From Microthyrium microscopicum (taxonomy: Eukaryota), in NCBI GenBank assembly GCA_010405405.1, contig MU004241.1, positions 124,001 to 188,000 of the forward strand: a stretch of DNA of 64,000 nucleotides. Direction: 5' to 3'. A program made the position numbers and the translations under genes. The notes under the pieces were generated by a model. The model was not told the origin of the DNA, made no database searches, and saw nothing but the letters and a program-made list of their open reading frames with translations. Position 1 is the first letter of the stretch, and each line of letters begins with the position of its first letter. Positions 24,173 through 38,160 of this stretch are shown here, piece by piece.

Positions 24173-25578
24173 TCATATTACAAGCCCAAATATATCCTTA
24201 TCCTGTTCCCCATCTTCATATCTAAACAAGATTTCCTTCGGCCCCTCCAGCAGTTGCTGAATGACCTTATCATAAGCATGGTATCTTTCCAGATACAAAC
24301 ACGTTGCCTGTCCTTCAAGTAATGCGCGTCTCCTTAGCCACCAATCACCCTTCCGCAATCTCGAATACCAAAATGCCATGAGCAGAAGCGCTCTCGGATC
24401 CTTCTTACTCACTAACCGACCAAACTCACCCTTTATGTTCTCCGAAAACTGGAAAAACACCCACCTCGTGCGCTCAGGTCTTGGTTCCGCAGTGATCAGT
24501 CCATGTATCGTAAGAGCCGGTATATAATATGCATTATCCTCACGCAGTCTCGAGTCCAGTTCAAATAATTTGATAAACACAGGCCAAACTTCCTCGAGTG
24601 GCGTGTCAGCGAACGATGTGACGGGAAATATTTTGTCCATGTGTTCGAACAGGAAGCGCCATATGCTATCTGGCCTGTCTGGCTGGACTAGTGACCAAAT
24701 CGCATGTTTACCGTGACTCATTGTTAGCCACTCCGGCTCGGCAGCCATGAAACCTTGAAGTGGCCAGGATTCTTCAGGACTCGATCCTTCGACTGAGGCC
24801 ATCATTATGACAATGAGAACACTGGCTGCGCCCCAGATGGCGTCGCGGTCGGCTGGGTTGATGTTGCTGGAGAGTTTTTGATTAAAGAGGGAAATTCCTT
24901 TGGTCCAGTGGTAGATTTCTTCGGCTGTACGGCGACCTGGTTTTGAGGATCTGATGTGAACGGTTAAATAGGTGTCTTTAAACTGTGGACAAGGCAGTAT
25001 GATGCGAAAACATTAAACATACAGATATCGATTGTGAATGAAGGTCACACTCTGAGCGACGTGTCTCAAAAACATATGCTGGAAGATCGTTAGAGCATTA
25101 GCTTGTAAGCATGTAGGCGTGAAATACTTTGAGTATTAATTGGTGAAATTGGATGTTGTTATCGACCCGATCCATGCTTGGCATCAAAGTAATCATAGTT
25201 CGAATTTGAAAGATTTCCAAACTCTCTACATCTTTCAAGGTAAATTCCAGAGTAGGTGCTTGACCGGAATGCATCCAAGTATTATAACTTTGAACTTTTC
25301 CATTCAAGCTTTGGCTCATAGCATAGCGCGGCTGAAGATCTGGAATAGTCGAATCATAATTACAACAAACCCCCAAGCCTAGGCACTTGTTACACTCGGG
25401 CTTGCCTTCGTCACACTATTTCAGTCAGAGAGGTTTTTCGGAATTTCTTTGGTTTGTGCTTATTGGGTGGGAGACATGCCTTTACTCGCCGGAGTTTGCA
25501 GTTACCACAACCGGCTCTAGACTTTTTGTGGGTACGTCGTTTCCGAATATTGGCCCCCTGCATTACAATATCTTGCAT
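24173..25578 (-). CDS. Zn(II)2Cys6 transcription factor with UPC2-like C-terminal domain (4 exons)
   Basis: RRTHKKSRAGCGNCKLRRVK|CDEGKPECNKCLGLGVCCNY after removing intron 25479-25416; later exons give HWTKGISLFNQKL, DRDAIWGAA, KDPRALLLMAFWY, WWLRRRALLEG. Confidence 0.88.
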
Positions 25579-26399
25579 TACGTTCAATAAAAGTCGTTCA
25601 ACTGTTGGTTAATGTCTGAGCGCCTTTCATAAAGTGGAATAGTATGAATGTTGGACTGAAGTTGACCATCAGGAAAAGGAAGGCCCGCATACGAAGCAGA
25701 GCTAGGTAGGATGTCTTATCGTATTTGGCGTCGGAAAGCTTTACTGGAAATAATGTAAGGAATTATCAAGTGAAGTAGGCAAATGTTTAAACGATAATTA
25801 GATAGGTTATCTTAGTTTCTCAGACGTAGCAAGCTGCTTTAAAAATAGGTCGCCTTTGGCTCCCTACTTAGTTAGAGAGCTTTTAGCTCTTGCTAACTAA
25901 GTATCCCTAGCTATCCTATATAGAATCTAGCTTGCCCTTAGCTAATTAAATATTTTAGGACGTACGTAATTTTAAAGTAGCTTATTATATCTAAGTAACT
26001 CTTATTCTATTTTAGTATATACTTACTTAATATTTATTAGTAGAAGTAATTATTTTTAAACTATATTATCTCTATAACTACTTATATTATTATATTAATT
26101 TTTATATTAGTTTAATTACCTTATTCTCCTTTTTAATTTATATTTATTATATTAATATAAAAGTATTACGCTAAATCTAAATATTTAGCCTAGAATAACC
26201 TAGTTAGTAGGGGTTTAATTATAACCCTAATATAATAATAGAAATAGCCTATCCTACTAAAATAATAATTTTAATTAGAAAGATAGTCTTTTTACCTTCT
26301 TAGGCCTATATTACCTTTTACTTTACTACTAAATTTTCTAATACTCTAGTTTTTTAGTTTATTACTTATCTATACTCTTTCTTCTACGTAGTTATAAAG

Positions 26400-29300
26400 T
26401 TAATATAGTAGTAATATAAAAGAGAATGAAGAAGAAGAAGATGTAGATAAGGAAGAATATAAAGAAGATAAAGAATAGGAAGAGTATAAAAAAGAGGAAG
26501 AATATAATAAAGAGAATAAATATAAAGAACTACGTAATATCTCTAGTACTTGCTTCTCTTTAGTATCCCTTATTCTTTCTTTTATTACTATACGTAGTAA
26601 TAAAATAATAAATAATAAGAAGCTAGATTTAGTACTTATATATCTTAACTCTATTAATTAGTTATTTACTAAGTTTCTTAATATATAGATTAAAATAAAG
26701 GAATACGATTAAAAGCTTACTATATAATATTAACTATATTAGTTAGTAGAATAACGTTAACTCACCTTAGACTCTCTACTTAGGTTTTACTATTTAATAA
26801 ATCTTATTAAGAGTAAGGAGTATTTATAAAGCTTCGTTAATAAATTATAAAACCTCTTAGATATACCTTAGTTTAGTTAGTTTAATTTTAAAGTAGCTCT
26901 AAGTTCTATTAACTTTATTACGAATATTAAGTAGTTATAGTTAGTAGCTCCTTAATAGGTAGCTTTTTATTATAATATAATATAGTATAATTAGAGTAAG
27001 TATAGTTTATATAAAGCTAGATTTTTAGGTATAGATAATCTATATATTTTTCTTATTACTACTATAATATATAGCTATTAAAATTATTAGAAGTTTAATC
27101 TTTTATATTTATATTTAGGTATATATCTTTATCATACTAGTATTAAAAAGAGAGTTATATAGACATTAGGTACGTTTAGTATTTATTATAAGTATTACTA
27201 TATTATATAGACTATAAATTAAATTACTAGCTATTTAAGAGTAAGATTGCCCTTTTTAGTAGTATTTTATTCCTTATTCTTACTTATTATTTATTATATA
27301 TTATTATAATAACCTTCTAGTGTTTCTCTTATAGCAAGATATAGACGTTAGAATACTTACGTAAGTATCTCTATATATTCTATATTTATCCTTACTACTC
27401 CTTACTAGCCCTTATTCGTTATAAGGCCTTTTAATATCTATATTCTATAGACTATAAATATTAAAAGGCTTACGTAAGTATCTCTATATCTCTTATAATT
27501 ATCTTTACTAGCCTTAAATATTCTAGAGTTAATTTATAACTTTACGTTAATATATTTATAGTAAAAGCTTACTATATTTGCCTCTAATCCTTATATAGGC
27601 TTTATTTATAATAACTTTAACTATAAGGATTAAATTTAGAATAAGAGAGTTAGCTATAGTTATATTATAAGAAATCTAACTATAGCTACTATAGTTAAAT
27701 ATCCTTATTATCTACCTAGTAGGTTAACTTAAGATATATATAATCTAATATATAAATTATCTCTATGCTTAATTATAAATTCCCCTCTTTATAAAGGGTA
27801 CTTAATTAGTAAACCTATAGCTAATACTATTAAGAAAGTCTTAATATATATAAGTTTTAAAGAAACCTTTAAGACTAAACTTAAGAATAGGTTTACTAAT
27901 AATAAAGATAAAAAGAAGGAACTAGTATAACTATAGCTTAATTAACTTCCCTTAATTAAAACTAAATATTAATAGCTTACTAGTATATTTAAAAATAAAG
28001 GTATTATAAATAGTATATATAATATATATTACAAAATCTTTATAGACGTACTTAAGTTTCTAAAATATAGTTTAGATAAAGTAAGTATATTAAGTATAAA
28101 CTTCTTATTAATATTTATAGCTAACTAACTTATTAATAGGCAAACCTTATATCTTTACCTATTAATTATTTCTTATATATAAAAATTAACTTAGTATAAA
28201 GAATAATCGTACTATAAAATCTAAGTAATCTTATTTATCTTAGGCCTTTAATTAAAAGGAGTAGCTTTATCTAATTATTAAGTAGTTTTATACTTAAAAG
28301 TATCTTAAAGAGAGCATTATTAAGAGCTATTAGGAACCTATTAACTACTATAAGTATGCTTTATATTCTATTAAGCATAATATTACTACTTAGGGTCGCT
28401 TAAAGAATAAAATATACTAGTCTATCTAGTTATATAAGCTAGAACCTATTTTATAATAAGTATTTAATACTTAAAACCTAGCCTTATTTAAGCTTACTTT
28501 ACGCTATTATAGATACTACTCTTTAAATATAACTTCTAATATACTAGTAAATAATATAATTATAGAAGATATTATTAAGATATTAATAGTAAATTAGGTA
28601 GTTAAAATTATTTAGAATATTTAAACTCTTATATATTAGGTAGAAGGTTAAACTAGTTTATATAAGAATAAAGAAGGTAGTATAATAGTACTAGAGGACG
28701 TTAATATTTAGTTCTAAACGTTATATTAATATATATAAGAGATCTACTTATTATTAATACTAAAGCATATTATTAAATATATAGATATTAGTTTACTTTA
28801 CTAGCTAATTAATCTTATAATATATTAGTTCTATAGGTCTAGTTCTAATAATTATAGTAATAAAATAATATAGCTTAAGTAGAATATACTAAATACTATT
28901 AATAAATTAGAGTTATAACGCGCTATACTAGCTTCTAGCCTAGTTAACTAGCTTAGTAAACTATATACTTATAAGGCTATAAATTTAGGCTTAGAATATA
29001 TAAATAGTAGTATAAAACTAGATATAAAGGCTTAAAAGAATTTAACCTATAATATTTATACTACTTTTAATTACATATACCTTATAAATAGTTTTAGTAA
29101 AGAGTTAAAAGCTACGCTAAAGGGTTTATTTAGTAAATATATATTTAGTATAAGGAGTATTACTATTATAAAGCATAACATTAATATAATATATAATACT
29201 TTAATTTAAGGTAATTTTATAAAGCATTAGTCTCTAAAGGCTATCTAGATTAGAAGAAATAATTATAACTCTTAAAATATATAGATACTTAAAGCCTTAA

Positions 29301-29540
29301 TGCTTACTAATAAGGTAAAGGCGTTTAATAAAAAGTATATAGTAATTCTAAGTTAAGCGCGTATAATACTTAAGAATAGTAGAGACGTTAAGCTAAAATT
29401 TAATACTAGTATAGTAATAGATTATACTTAAGCTTAAGATACTAAAAAAGAAGATAAGTTTAGTAACTTTAGAAATATTAATAGATTTTAACCTAAGTTT
29501 TTAAGTTAGTTTAATTATATATATTATAATAAAAAGGCTT
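26400..29540 (+). pseudogene. RIP-inactivated DUF6589-type putative transposase
   Basis: Read directly: GFIYNNFNYKD (27598-27630), RAILASSLVN* (28919-28951), KAINLGLEYIN (28973-29005). Reversing C>T/G>A gives YDNFxYKD, FExEGTxDG, HGDQL (~28178-28192), GWFH (~28280), K(H/Y)xDIGLL, NYGxEM, LVNWLG, KAIDLGLEHxN, KNSTHD. Confidence 0.75.
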
Positions 29541-29821
29541 AACTTATTAAATTTACTTACTTATTAGTAAAGAGTTATTTAGGAGCCTATTAGGCTAACT
29601 AGGTATTAGTAGATATAGTTAGTAATTTAGTATTTTTAGTTTATAACTTAGGAATTATCTTAACTTCTAAAGAGCTCTTATAATTTATACTACTTTACTT
29701 ATAACTACTTTTACTCTTCCTATTTATAAACCTATCCTAATCTAATTAGTTTTAAAGGTTTATTTATTTATAAGTAATATAGATATAGTACTATAGTAGA
29801 TACTAATTTTGTTTCTCTTAT

Positions 29822-29980
29822 TAACCTATAGGCTAATCTAAGCCTAGTCTTACTAAGCCTAAATATAATATTTAAGTCTCTTTTACTAACCTTTAGGCTA
29901 ATCTAAGTAACTCCTTGCTAAGCCTAAATATAATATCTAAGTCTCTCTTACTAACCTTTAGGCTAATTTAAGTAACTCCT
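29822..29980 (+). repeat. 65-bp tandem repeat, ~2.5 copies
   Basis: taacct(a/t)taggctaat(c/t)taag recurs at 29822, 29887, 29952. Confidence 0.8.
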
Positions 29981-32440
29981 TATATATTTCTATTATATTA
30001 GGTATTATCCTTTATAAGAAGTATTATAATATTAATAATATAGTAGATAAGATCTATTACTTTCCTCCTAATCTACTTACCTTTAGTATAATTAGCTATA
30101 AGTATTATAATACTAACTACGTTATAATACTAGTATCTATCTAATTATTCTAAACTTACTTATATTTAGTATTATTAATAATAAGTATTACAATGCTAAC
30201 TAAGTTATAAACTATAACTATCTTATTACTCTAAACTTACTTATTATTAATATTATATCTTATAACTAGGATACGCTAAAGTCCTTACTCTATATTATAC
30301 TAAAGGAAAGTAGTTAAAGTTTAAGTACTTATTAGATATCTAGCTACCTTACTACTAATTCTTTTACTATATATAATATTAAGTAAGACTACTATACTAT
30401 AATCTTTTACTTAGCGCTATATCTTCTTAGCTTTAACTAGTTTATTAGTTACTCTAGCTATAGATTCTTAGAGTTCTAAAATTTTATTTATATATTAGTT
30501 ACCTAAGTACTAGTTTTTAATACTAATAGTTCTATAAACCTTAAATAATATACTTATATATTAAATTTCTTTTGTATATATATTACTAATAATAAGCATT
30601 AAACTCTCTATAATAGCTACTCTTATCTTAATAATAATAAGATTCTATAGATAACTAACTAGAAGTTAACTTACGTAAGTAGTATTAAAAGCTTATATAT
30701 TTTTATTACCTAAGTTATTTATAATTATTTATATTAGCTATTTCTATTAGTTAGAATATATAAGAAAATATATAGAAAGACTTACTTCTATAAATAGTTT
30801 ATTAAATGCTACTCTTATATTAGAAGCTCTTATCTAATCTAGAAGGGGAGAGTTTAAGTACTAAATAGTAATAATAATACTAATAGCTTATATACTTACT
30901 AACTTTATATTATACTAAATAAAAGTAGTTAGAGTTTAAGTACTTTTATCTAATCTAGAAAGGGAGGGTTTAAGTACTAAATAGTAATAATAATACTAAT
31001 AACCTACTAAAGCCTAAATAAGACGCTTTTATAGTACTTAATACTCTTTATATTATTATAGATATAATTTTGACTATTAATAGTAATAATAATTAGTTAG
31101 CTAAAGTCCTTACTCTATACCGCACTAGAGGAAGATAGTTAGAGTTTAAGTACTTAAGCCTTATCTAAGAGGTAAGATTTTAATATCTAATCTATTCTAT
31201 AATACGCTAATTTATTAGTTTACCCTACTATAGCATGTATAGGCTAATTATAGACGAAGTAAAAGGAAGCAACCTTATAAGATTAGAACGCTCTTTATAT
31301 ATATCTTAAAGCAACTTAATAATAAGTATAGAATTAAGCATAGTAAAGTTTACCTAAGAATAAGTAGTATTATAAGTTACGCTAATATACTAGTATTAAT
31401 AAACGCGTAAATTTCTATAAGCCTTCTAGGTAATAGGATTATCTAGATACTAAGTTAGCTATCTTACTTAGAAGGGTTAATTTACTAGAGATACCTTCTA
31501 ATCGTAGTAAGGCTTTAATTAAAAACGAGTAGTATTATAAGTTATACTAGCGTATAGAAATTAATAAGTATATAAGTTAACTATCTTACTTAAAAGAGTA
31601 GATTTATAAAGGATACCTTCTTAATACTATACGTTGTAATAGTTATTAATAACTATTAGGGGTTCTATAAGCCTTTTAGACGCTAAGAATATCTAGGCAC
31701 TAAATTAGCTATCTTACTTAGAAGAACGAGCTTACTATACTATTTTATAAGTCTTTTTATTACTAGTAGCTACTCTTAGCTTTTTAAAATAAATAATAAC
31801 CTCTATTATAAGTAACGTAAGTAATATTTACTATCGTTTTAATTAAATACCTTAGTAGCAGCTCCTTCTATTTATAACCTATATATTAGGATATATATAG
31901 ATATATAGGTATTAATAGATTTTAGTAGGTATTAATAGGTTCTAGTAGATATACCTACGTAAGTAGTATTATTAGTAATAAGAATAACTCCCTAGTTAAA
32001 ATAGAAGCTTACGTTCTATAAAACTATAGATTTAAGAATACCTAATTAAAATAGAAGCTTACATTCTATTAAGATAGTAGATTTAAGAACTATAACTACC
32101 TAGTTAAAATAAAAGCTTATATTTTATAAGATAGTAGATTTAATACTATAATATAAGTACTCTAGCTATAAAGCATATAAAGAATGCTATATTAATTAGA
32201 AAATTAGTAATAAGAGTATAGTAATCCTTAGAAAGAATATAAAGAATAAGTTTTCTTAGTAAGTCTAGGTACTTTACTATCTTAAGCTTTAGCTCTACTA
32301 AATTAGGATAAAAGATTAGTAATAAGGATATAGTAATTCTTAGAAAGAATATACTAAATTAGTTAGAAGATTAATAATAAGGATATAATAATTCTTTAAC
32401 TCTTCCTCTTTTTCCTTTTCTTCTTTCTTTCTTTTTTAGT

Positions 32441-32770
32441 ACGCTAATAGCCTTAATATTAATAGTAAAGCACGCCTAGCAATACTTCTTACTACTTTTA
32501 GTTACTATCTAGTTTTTTAGTCTTTAATAGTTCTTTTACTACTATTACTTCCTTAAATTTAAGAACTTAACTACCCTAGTACGCTAATAGCCTTAGTATT
32601 AGTAGTAAAGCATACTAGTAATACTTTTTACTACTTTTAGTTACTATCTAGTCTTCTAGTCTTTAATAGTTCTTTTACTACTATTGCTTCCTTAAATTTA
32701 AGGACTTAACTACTCTAATATACTAATAGCTCTAATATTAGTAGTACTAAAGCATACTAATAGCCTTAGT
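32441..32770 (+). repeat. ~140-bp tandem repeat, ~2.3 copies
   Basis: acgctaatagcctt at 32441 and 32581, degenerate third start at ~32720. Confidence 0.8.
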
Positions 32771-32994
32771 ATTTTAGCCTAAGCTTAGTATATTAATAGT
32801 AGTAATATCTCTTAAAAGTCTATTATAAGCATATTCTAGCTACTTTCTAAAGAGACTAATACTATCCTCGTAATATTAGATTTAAACTTACTTAAAGAAG
32901 AATTCTTAAGGGTCTATAGAGTATAAATATCTTTCTTCCCTTATTTATCTTCCTCTTCTTCTTTTTCCTCTATATTATTTACTTATAGTACCTT

Positions 32995-33325
32995 TACTAA
33001 AGTATAAATAAGCTCTATAAAACTATAATTACTCTATTTTACTAAAATAATAATATAAAGTCTACTACCTACTTTAGGCTAATACTAGAGTATAAATAAG
33101 CTCTATAGAACTATAATTACTCTATCCTACTAAACTAATAGTATAAAGTCTACTACCTACTTTAGGCTAACGCTAGAGTATAAACTAGCTCTATAAAACT
33201 ATAATTACTCTATCTTGCTAAACTAATAGTATAAAGTTTACTACTTACTTTAGGCTAACGCTAGAGCATAAACTAGCTTAATAGAACTATAATTACTCTA
33301 TCCTACTAAATTAATAATATAAAAA
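32995..33325 (+). repeat. 88-bp tandem repeat, ~3.7 copies (extra single copy at ~40426-40518)
   Basis: ag(t/c)ataaa..agct..ata(a/g)aactataattactctat starts at 33001, 33089, 33177, 33265. Confidence 0.88.
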
Positions 33326-33450
33326 CCTATATAAGTTTAGAAGCACCTACTATAATATTATGCGCGCTTCTCTATAGCTCCTAATACTTAAGATTAATAC
33401 CCTTAAGGTAAGCTAGCTTACTTTGCTACTTTTAATAATACCTTTACTAC

Positions 33451-33690
33451 AGCTTTAGTTATAGCCTATTTAGGTATAGCTATTATAAAGAAGGTGCTTA
33501 TACTAGTAACTATAATAGCTTTAGTTATAGCCTATCTAGGTATAGCTATTATAAAGAAGGTACTTATACTAGTAACTATAATAGCTTTAGTTATAGCCTA
33601 TCTAGGTATAGCTATTATAGAAAAGGTACTTATACTAGCGACTATAATAGCTTTAATTATAGCCTATCTAGGTATAGCTATTATAAATAA
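33451..33690 (+). repeat. 66-bp tandem repeat, ~3.6 copies
   Basis: agcttta(g/a)ttatagcctat(c/t)taggtatagctattata at 33451, 33517, 33583, 33649. Confidence 0.9.
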
Positions 33691-36600
33691 GAAAAGAGCT
33701 ACTAGAAGTATTAATTAGTTAATTATATTAGTATTAGGCAACTACTAGATTAGCTTAACGTATCTATTATATTTAGTAGCTATAATTATTCTTAAAGCTT
33801 ATATTATAGAACTAGATATTAATCTAGTCTTTTATAATACTTAGAATATAACCTTCTTCTCTTTCTCTCCTTTTTATTAATTTAGTAGACTTATTCTTAT
33901 ATTTAACCTATAAGGAAGCACAAAACGAAGTAGTTAATATTAAGTACCTACTACTATATACCTTATTTAGCTTTAAATAGAAAGATATATAAGCATAATT
34001 ATTAGCTATTTATTATAAAAGGGTCATTATAAGATAATTAAAATTAGAAGTAAGTCTTTAATCTTTTATTATAGTATTAAAAGTAGACGTAATAAATAGA
34101 TACTTTCTTCTAAACTTATAGTAGTAAATAAGATCTTATAGACTTAGTTAATAAAACTAGCGTCTTAAATATAAAAGTCTATATTAATATTAATATTAAC
34201 TTAACTTCCTTATATTATTCTTTTATATTATTAGTATAGCTTAATATATATAGTATTAATCTTCTTTACTTAGGGTAGTATTATAGATATTGCTTTAGAT
34301 TAACGTAATAGATAAATAAAGTAGTAGAAGGTTAGGCTTTAATTAGTATATTCTAGTATAGTTTTATAATATATATTTAACTACTTAAGATAATAGTTAG
34401 ATAGTATTACGTTTAAGATAAGCTATTAGATAAATAAGTAGAGTAGTAATAAGGTAAATAATAGTAGTATATTATAGTATAGGTTAGTAATTAAGATATA
34501 TAAGTTAAACTAAATCTCTATACTAAAGTATATATATATTATATAAGATTATATTATTTAAGAAATATATAAATAGAATATAATTCTAAATAGTAGTAGT
34601 ATATAAACTAGTATAAGTAAACTTTAAATAATAATTAGCTATAGTATAAGTAAGAATATAATAGAATAAGTAGGTATACTTATATTATATTTATATATAG
34701 TTAGTTATTCTATTAGTTTGTAGCTCTAAAAAATGCTCTATTTTAAATATTTACTAAATATATAGTAGTTAAAGTATAAATTATATTAACTTAATTTAAC
34801 TTACGTTTTCTTTACTTCCTATTGTTAAATTGTTAGGCTTATTTTATAGACGTATTCTTTACTTATTATATTAAGATTTATTTACTTAATCTAATTAATA
34901 TCTTTATTCCTTTATAGCGACTTAAGATAGCGCTACTCTATTATTTTACGTTAATATTTAGTAACTAACCTTTATATTTTAACTAATAGAGAGCTTAAGA
35001 ACTATATTATAGTAATCTATATAATATCTTCTAATTTTTATTAAATAATATATACGTAGCCTATTAATTATAGATAGGTAGCCTAAGTATCTTAATACTA
35101 TATTTAAGAAACTATTTAAACTTAACCTTTTCTTTAATATTATAAACTTATATAATTATTAATATAAACTAAGTACTACTTATAGAGTAACCTTATTTAG
35201 TAGATAGCTACTTAGTATATAATTAAGTATATAAACTAGTAATAGCTTACTAAGTTGCTTATAACTCTTTATTTTATTAGTAGATAATATATAGCTATCC
35301 TAATATAAGTAGAAAGGCCTTATTTAGAATATATAGCGTATTTAGGCTATATTCTATACCTACTTATTATAAACTAATAATTCCTTAAGTAGAATTTATA
35401 AAGAGCTAATAATTAAACTTTAAGTATCTATAATCTTAGTAAATAACGTTTAATATAGGCTAACCCTAAAAAGATTAATTATAAAGTATTTAGCTATATT
35501 TAGGCAAGGTAAGGCATATATAGGTAAGGTAGAGCAAAGTAAGTATACTTATATTATTATAATCTAACTATAATCTCTAATATTCTATAATAAAATCTCT
35601 AAATTACTTAACTCTCTATATTCTAAACTTTACTAACTACTAATATTTACTACTATCTACTACTTTAAGCCTAATTCCTATAACTTTATATAGTTAGCTT
35701 ACCTAAAATCCTACTATTAATTATAATAAGCTTATTAAGCTTTAGGATAGTAGAGAAATATTAATTAAAATACTTATTAGCTATAATAACTAGATTTGCG
35801 TACTAATATTTTATTTTAGTAATAAATATCTCCTCTTATACTCTAAAGATAAGACTATTTATTACTAGGATATTTTATAAAAAGATACGTTATTCCTATA
35901 GCTTATTAGAAATAGCCTATATAGATAAATATAATACTAGTAGATAAGACTTAAGAATAATAGGTATAAGCTAAAATAATTTTAGCCTTATCCTAAGTAA
36001 ATATTTACTTACTAACTTAGTATTAATTAATATATTTTGCTAATTATATAATTACTTTGTCTTAATCCTAAAACCTTATTAAAAAAGGCGTAATTCTAAT
36101 TAATAAATATAAGAACTTTACTTTTATAATCCTAGTTAAGTAGAAGGCCTTAAACTTATAAGTCTCTAATATAAGTAGCTACTTAGGTCCTATATAGCTT
36201 AAAAGTTATCTAATAAAGCTATCTAAAAATACTATAACGTTTAAATACTAAACGTAGTAATAATATTTAATTAATATATATTAATATCTATAAGAACTCT
36301 ATAGTACTATATATTTATAGACTTTACTACGTTTAGAACCTAACAATTATACTATAAAGTATTTATAGTCTAATAAATATTTACTAGCTACGTATAGTAA
36401 ATATTTACTATTATCTTAAAGATTATTTAGTTATAGACTTTAAAGTTAACGTTACTAATAATAACTTAATAACCTAAGTTAATATTAGTATCTTTTACTA
36501 AAAACTCTTTTGCTTTTTAAGAACTATATAGTTTAGCTCTTTTGCTCCTTAAGAACTATATAGTCTAATCTTTCTACTTTTTAAGAACTATAATAGTCTA

Positions 36601-36744
36601 GTTTAATTATAGAGTTTATATACTATAGTCTAGTAGTAAAAGTATATACCTTAATTAAGCCTTTATAAAGTACTTAAAGGATTATAATATTTATATTTTA
36701 ATACTTATTATAAGTACTTATAGAATATAAACTTATCTTATTCT

Positions 36745-36950
36745 GCCTATCTCTTAGCCTTATATTATTCTAGGCTATTTTATTTATTAGTAATAACATA
36801 TATTCTTTTAGCCTAGATATTTATATCTACTATTATTACTAAACTATTTTGCCTATTTCTTAGCCTTATATTATTCTAGGCTATCTTATTTATTAGTAAT
36901 AATATATATTCTTTTAGCCTAGACATTTATACCTACTATTATTACTAAAT
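36745..36950 (+). repeat. 106-bp tandem duplication
   Basis: gcctat(c/t)tcttagccttatattattctaggctat at 36745 and 36851. Confidence 0.85.
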
Positions 36951-37934
36951 AGTAGAACTAATTATTACTAGCTAGGCATAGCTAAAATATTACTATATAG
37001 ATATAATATAGTAGATTACTCTCTAGCGTTAAACTATATACTATATATATTTACGCTAATTTAGTTATTACTTACTACTACGTTAAGGGTAATAATACTT
37101 ACTATAACTTTACGCTTTTACTATTAAGTTACCTTCTTAGTTTCTCTATTAATTAAACTAATAACTATTCCCTAATAATTTAGCGTTCTTATCCTTTCAT
37201 TTAATAATATAGCCTAAATATATATAGCAAAAGCTAATATATGCGTATATTAGTAAGTATAATAGTAAAGGTAGTTTCTATTTAACATAGCCTATTAAAA
37301 GCTAATATTAAAGCTAAAAAAGGATACAAGCTATCTATTGCTATTCTCTAAATACCTTTAGAGAATAAAGTAGATAGCGTTCTAATATTAGTAGAGCTAT
37401 AGTTAATAAGAACGTAGGTTTTAGTAGCAAGATAAATAAATAAACTAAAGATAACATAATATAGTAGCTTAATATACTAAGATAATTATTAGATTAAGAG
37501 AATAAGGTAGAAGATAGTATAGCGGATTAAGTTAATAGATTAGATTATTAGCTTATAGGTTTATATTATTTTAATCGTAAGAGTATAGTAATAATAACTA
37601 GTTCTAAAATTAATATCCTTTAAGATTCTTAATATTACCTAATTATCCCTAGATATCTTATATCTTACTAAATATACCCTTCTAATACCTAACTAGTTAT
37701 AAAGTTTAATAAAATACTAGACTACTTATTTTAGGCTAGTATATTCTATAGTTCTATAAGGTATATATTAGCTATATAGATATTATATATTTTCTAACTT
37801 TACTTATTTATAACTAACTATTTACTAATATTAATATTTATATTATAACGTATATAATAGATAATAAGACGATAAGAACGATATTATTAATATACCTAAT
37901 ATAATTAATTTAAATAACTATAATATATTACTAT

Positions 37935-38160
37935 ATACTTATAATGCTTATAACGTACGCCTTATAGGATACTTATAGCTTTTAGAGTAACTCCTACTTA
38001 CTTCTTATAGAACCTAATTAAATAATATAATTATAAAGATATTAAAGAATACTAAATATACCTATAACCTTATAATATACGCCTTATAAGATACCTATAA
38101 CTTTTAGAGTAATTCCTACTTACTTCTTATAAGACTTAATTAAATAATATAATTATAAAG
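37935..38160 (+). repeat. ~122-bp tandem duplication
   Basis: gccttata(g/a)gatac(t/c)tata(g/a)cttttagagtaa at 37959 and 38081. Confidence 0.8.

Noticed and set aside
33494..33718. 74-aa hydrophobic repeat ORF that looks like a membrane peptide
   Set aside because: Artefact of the RIP-mutated 66-bp tandem repeat; Ile/Leu/Tyr bias is expected from AT-rich codons and it has no ATG start.
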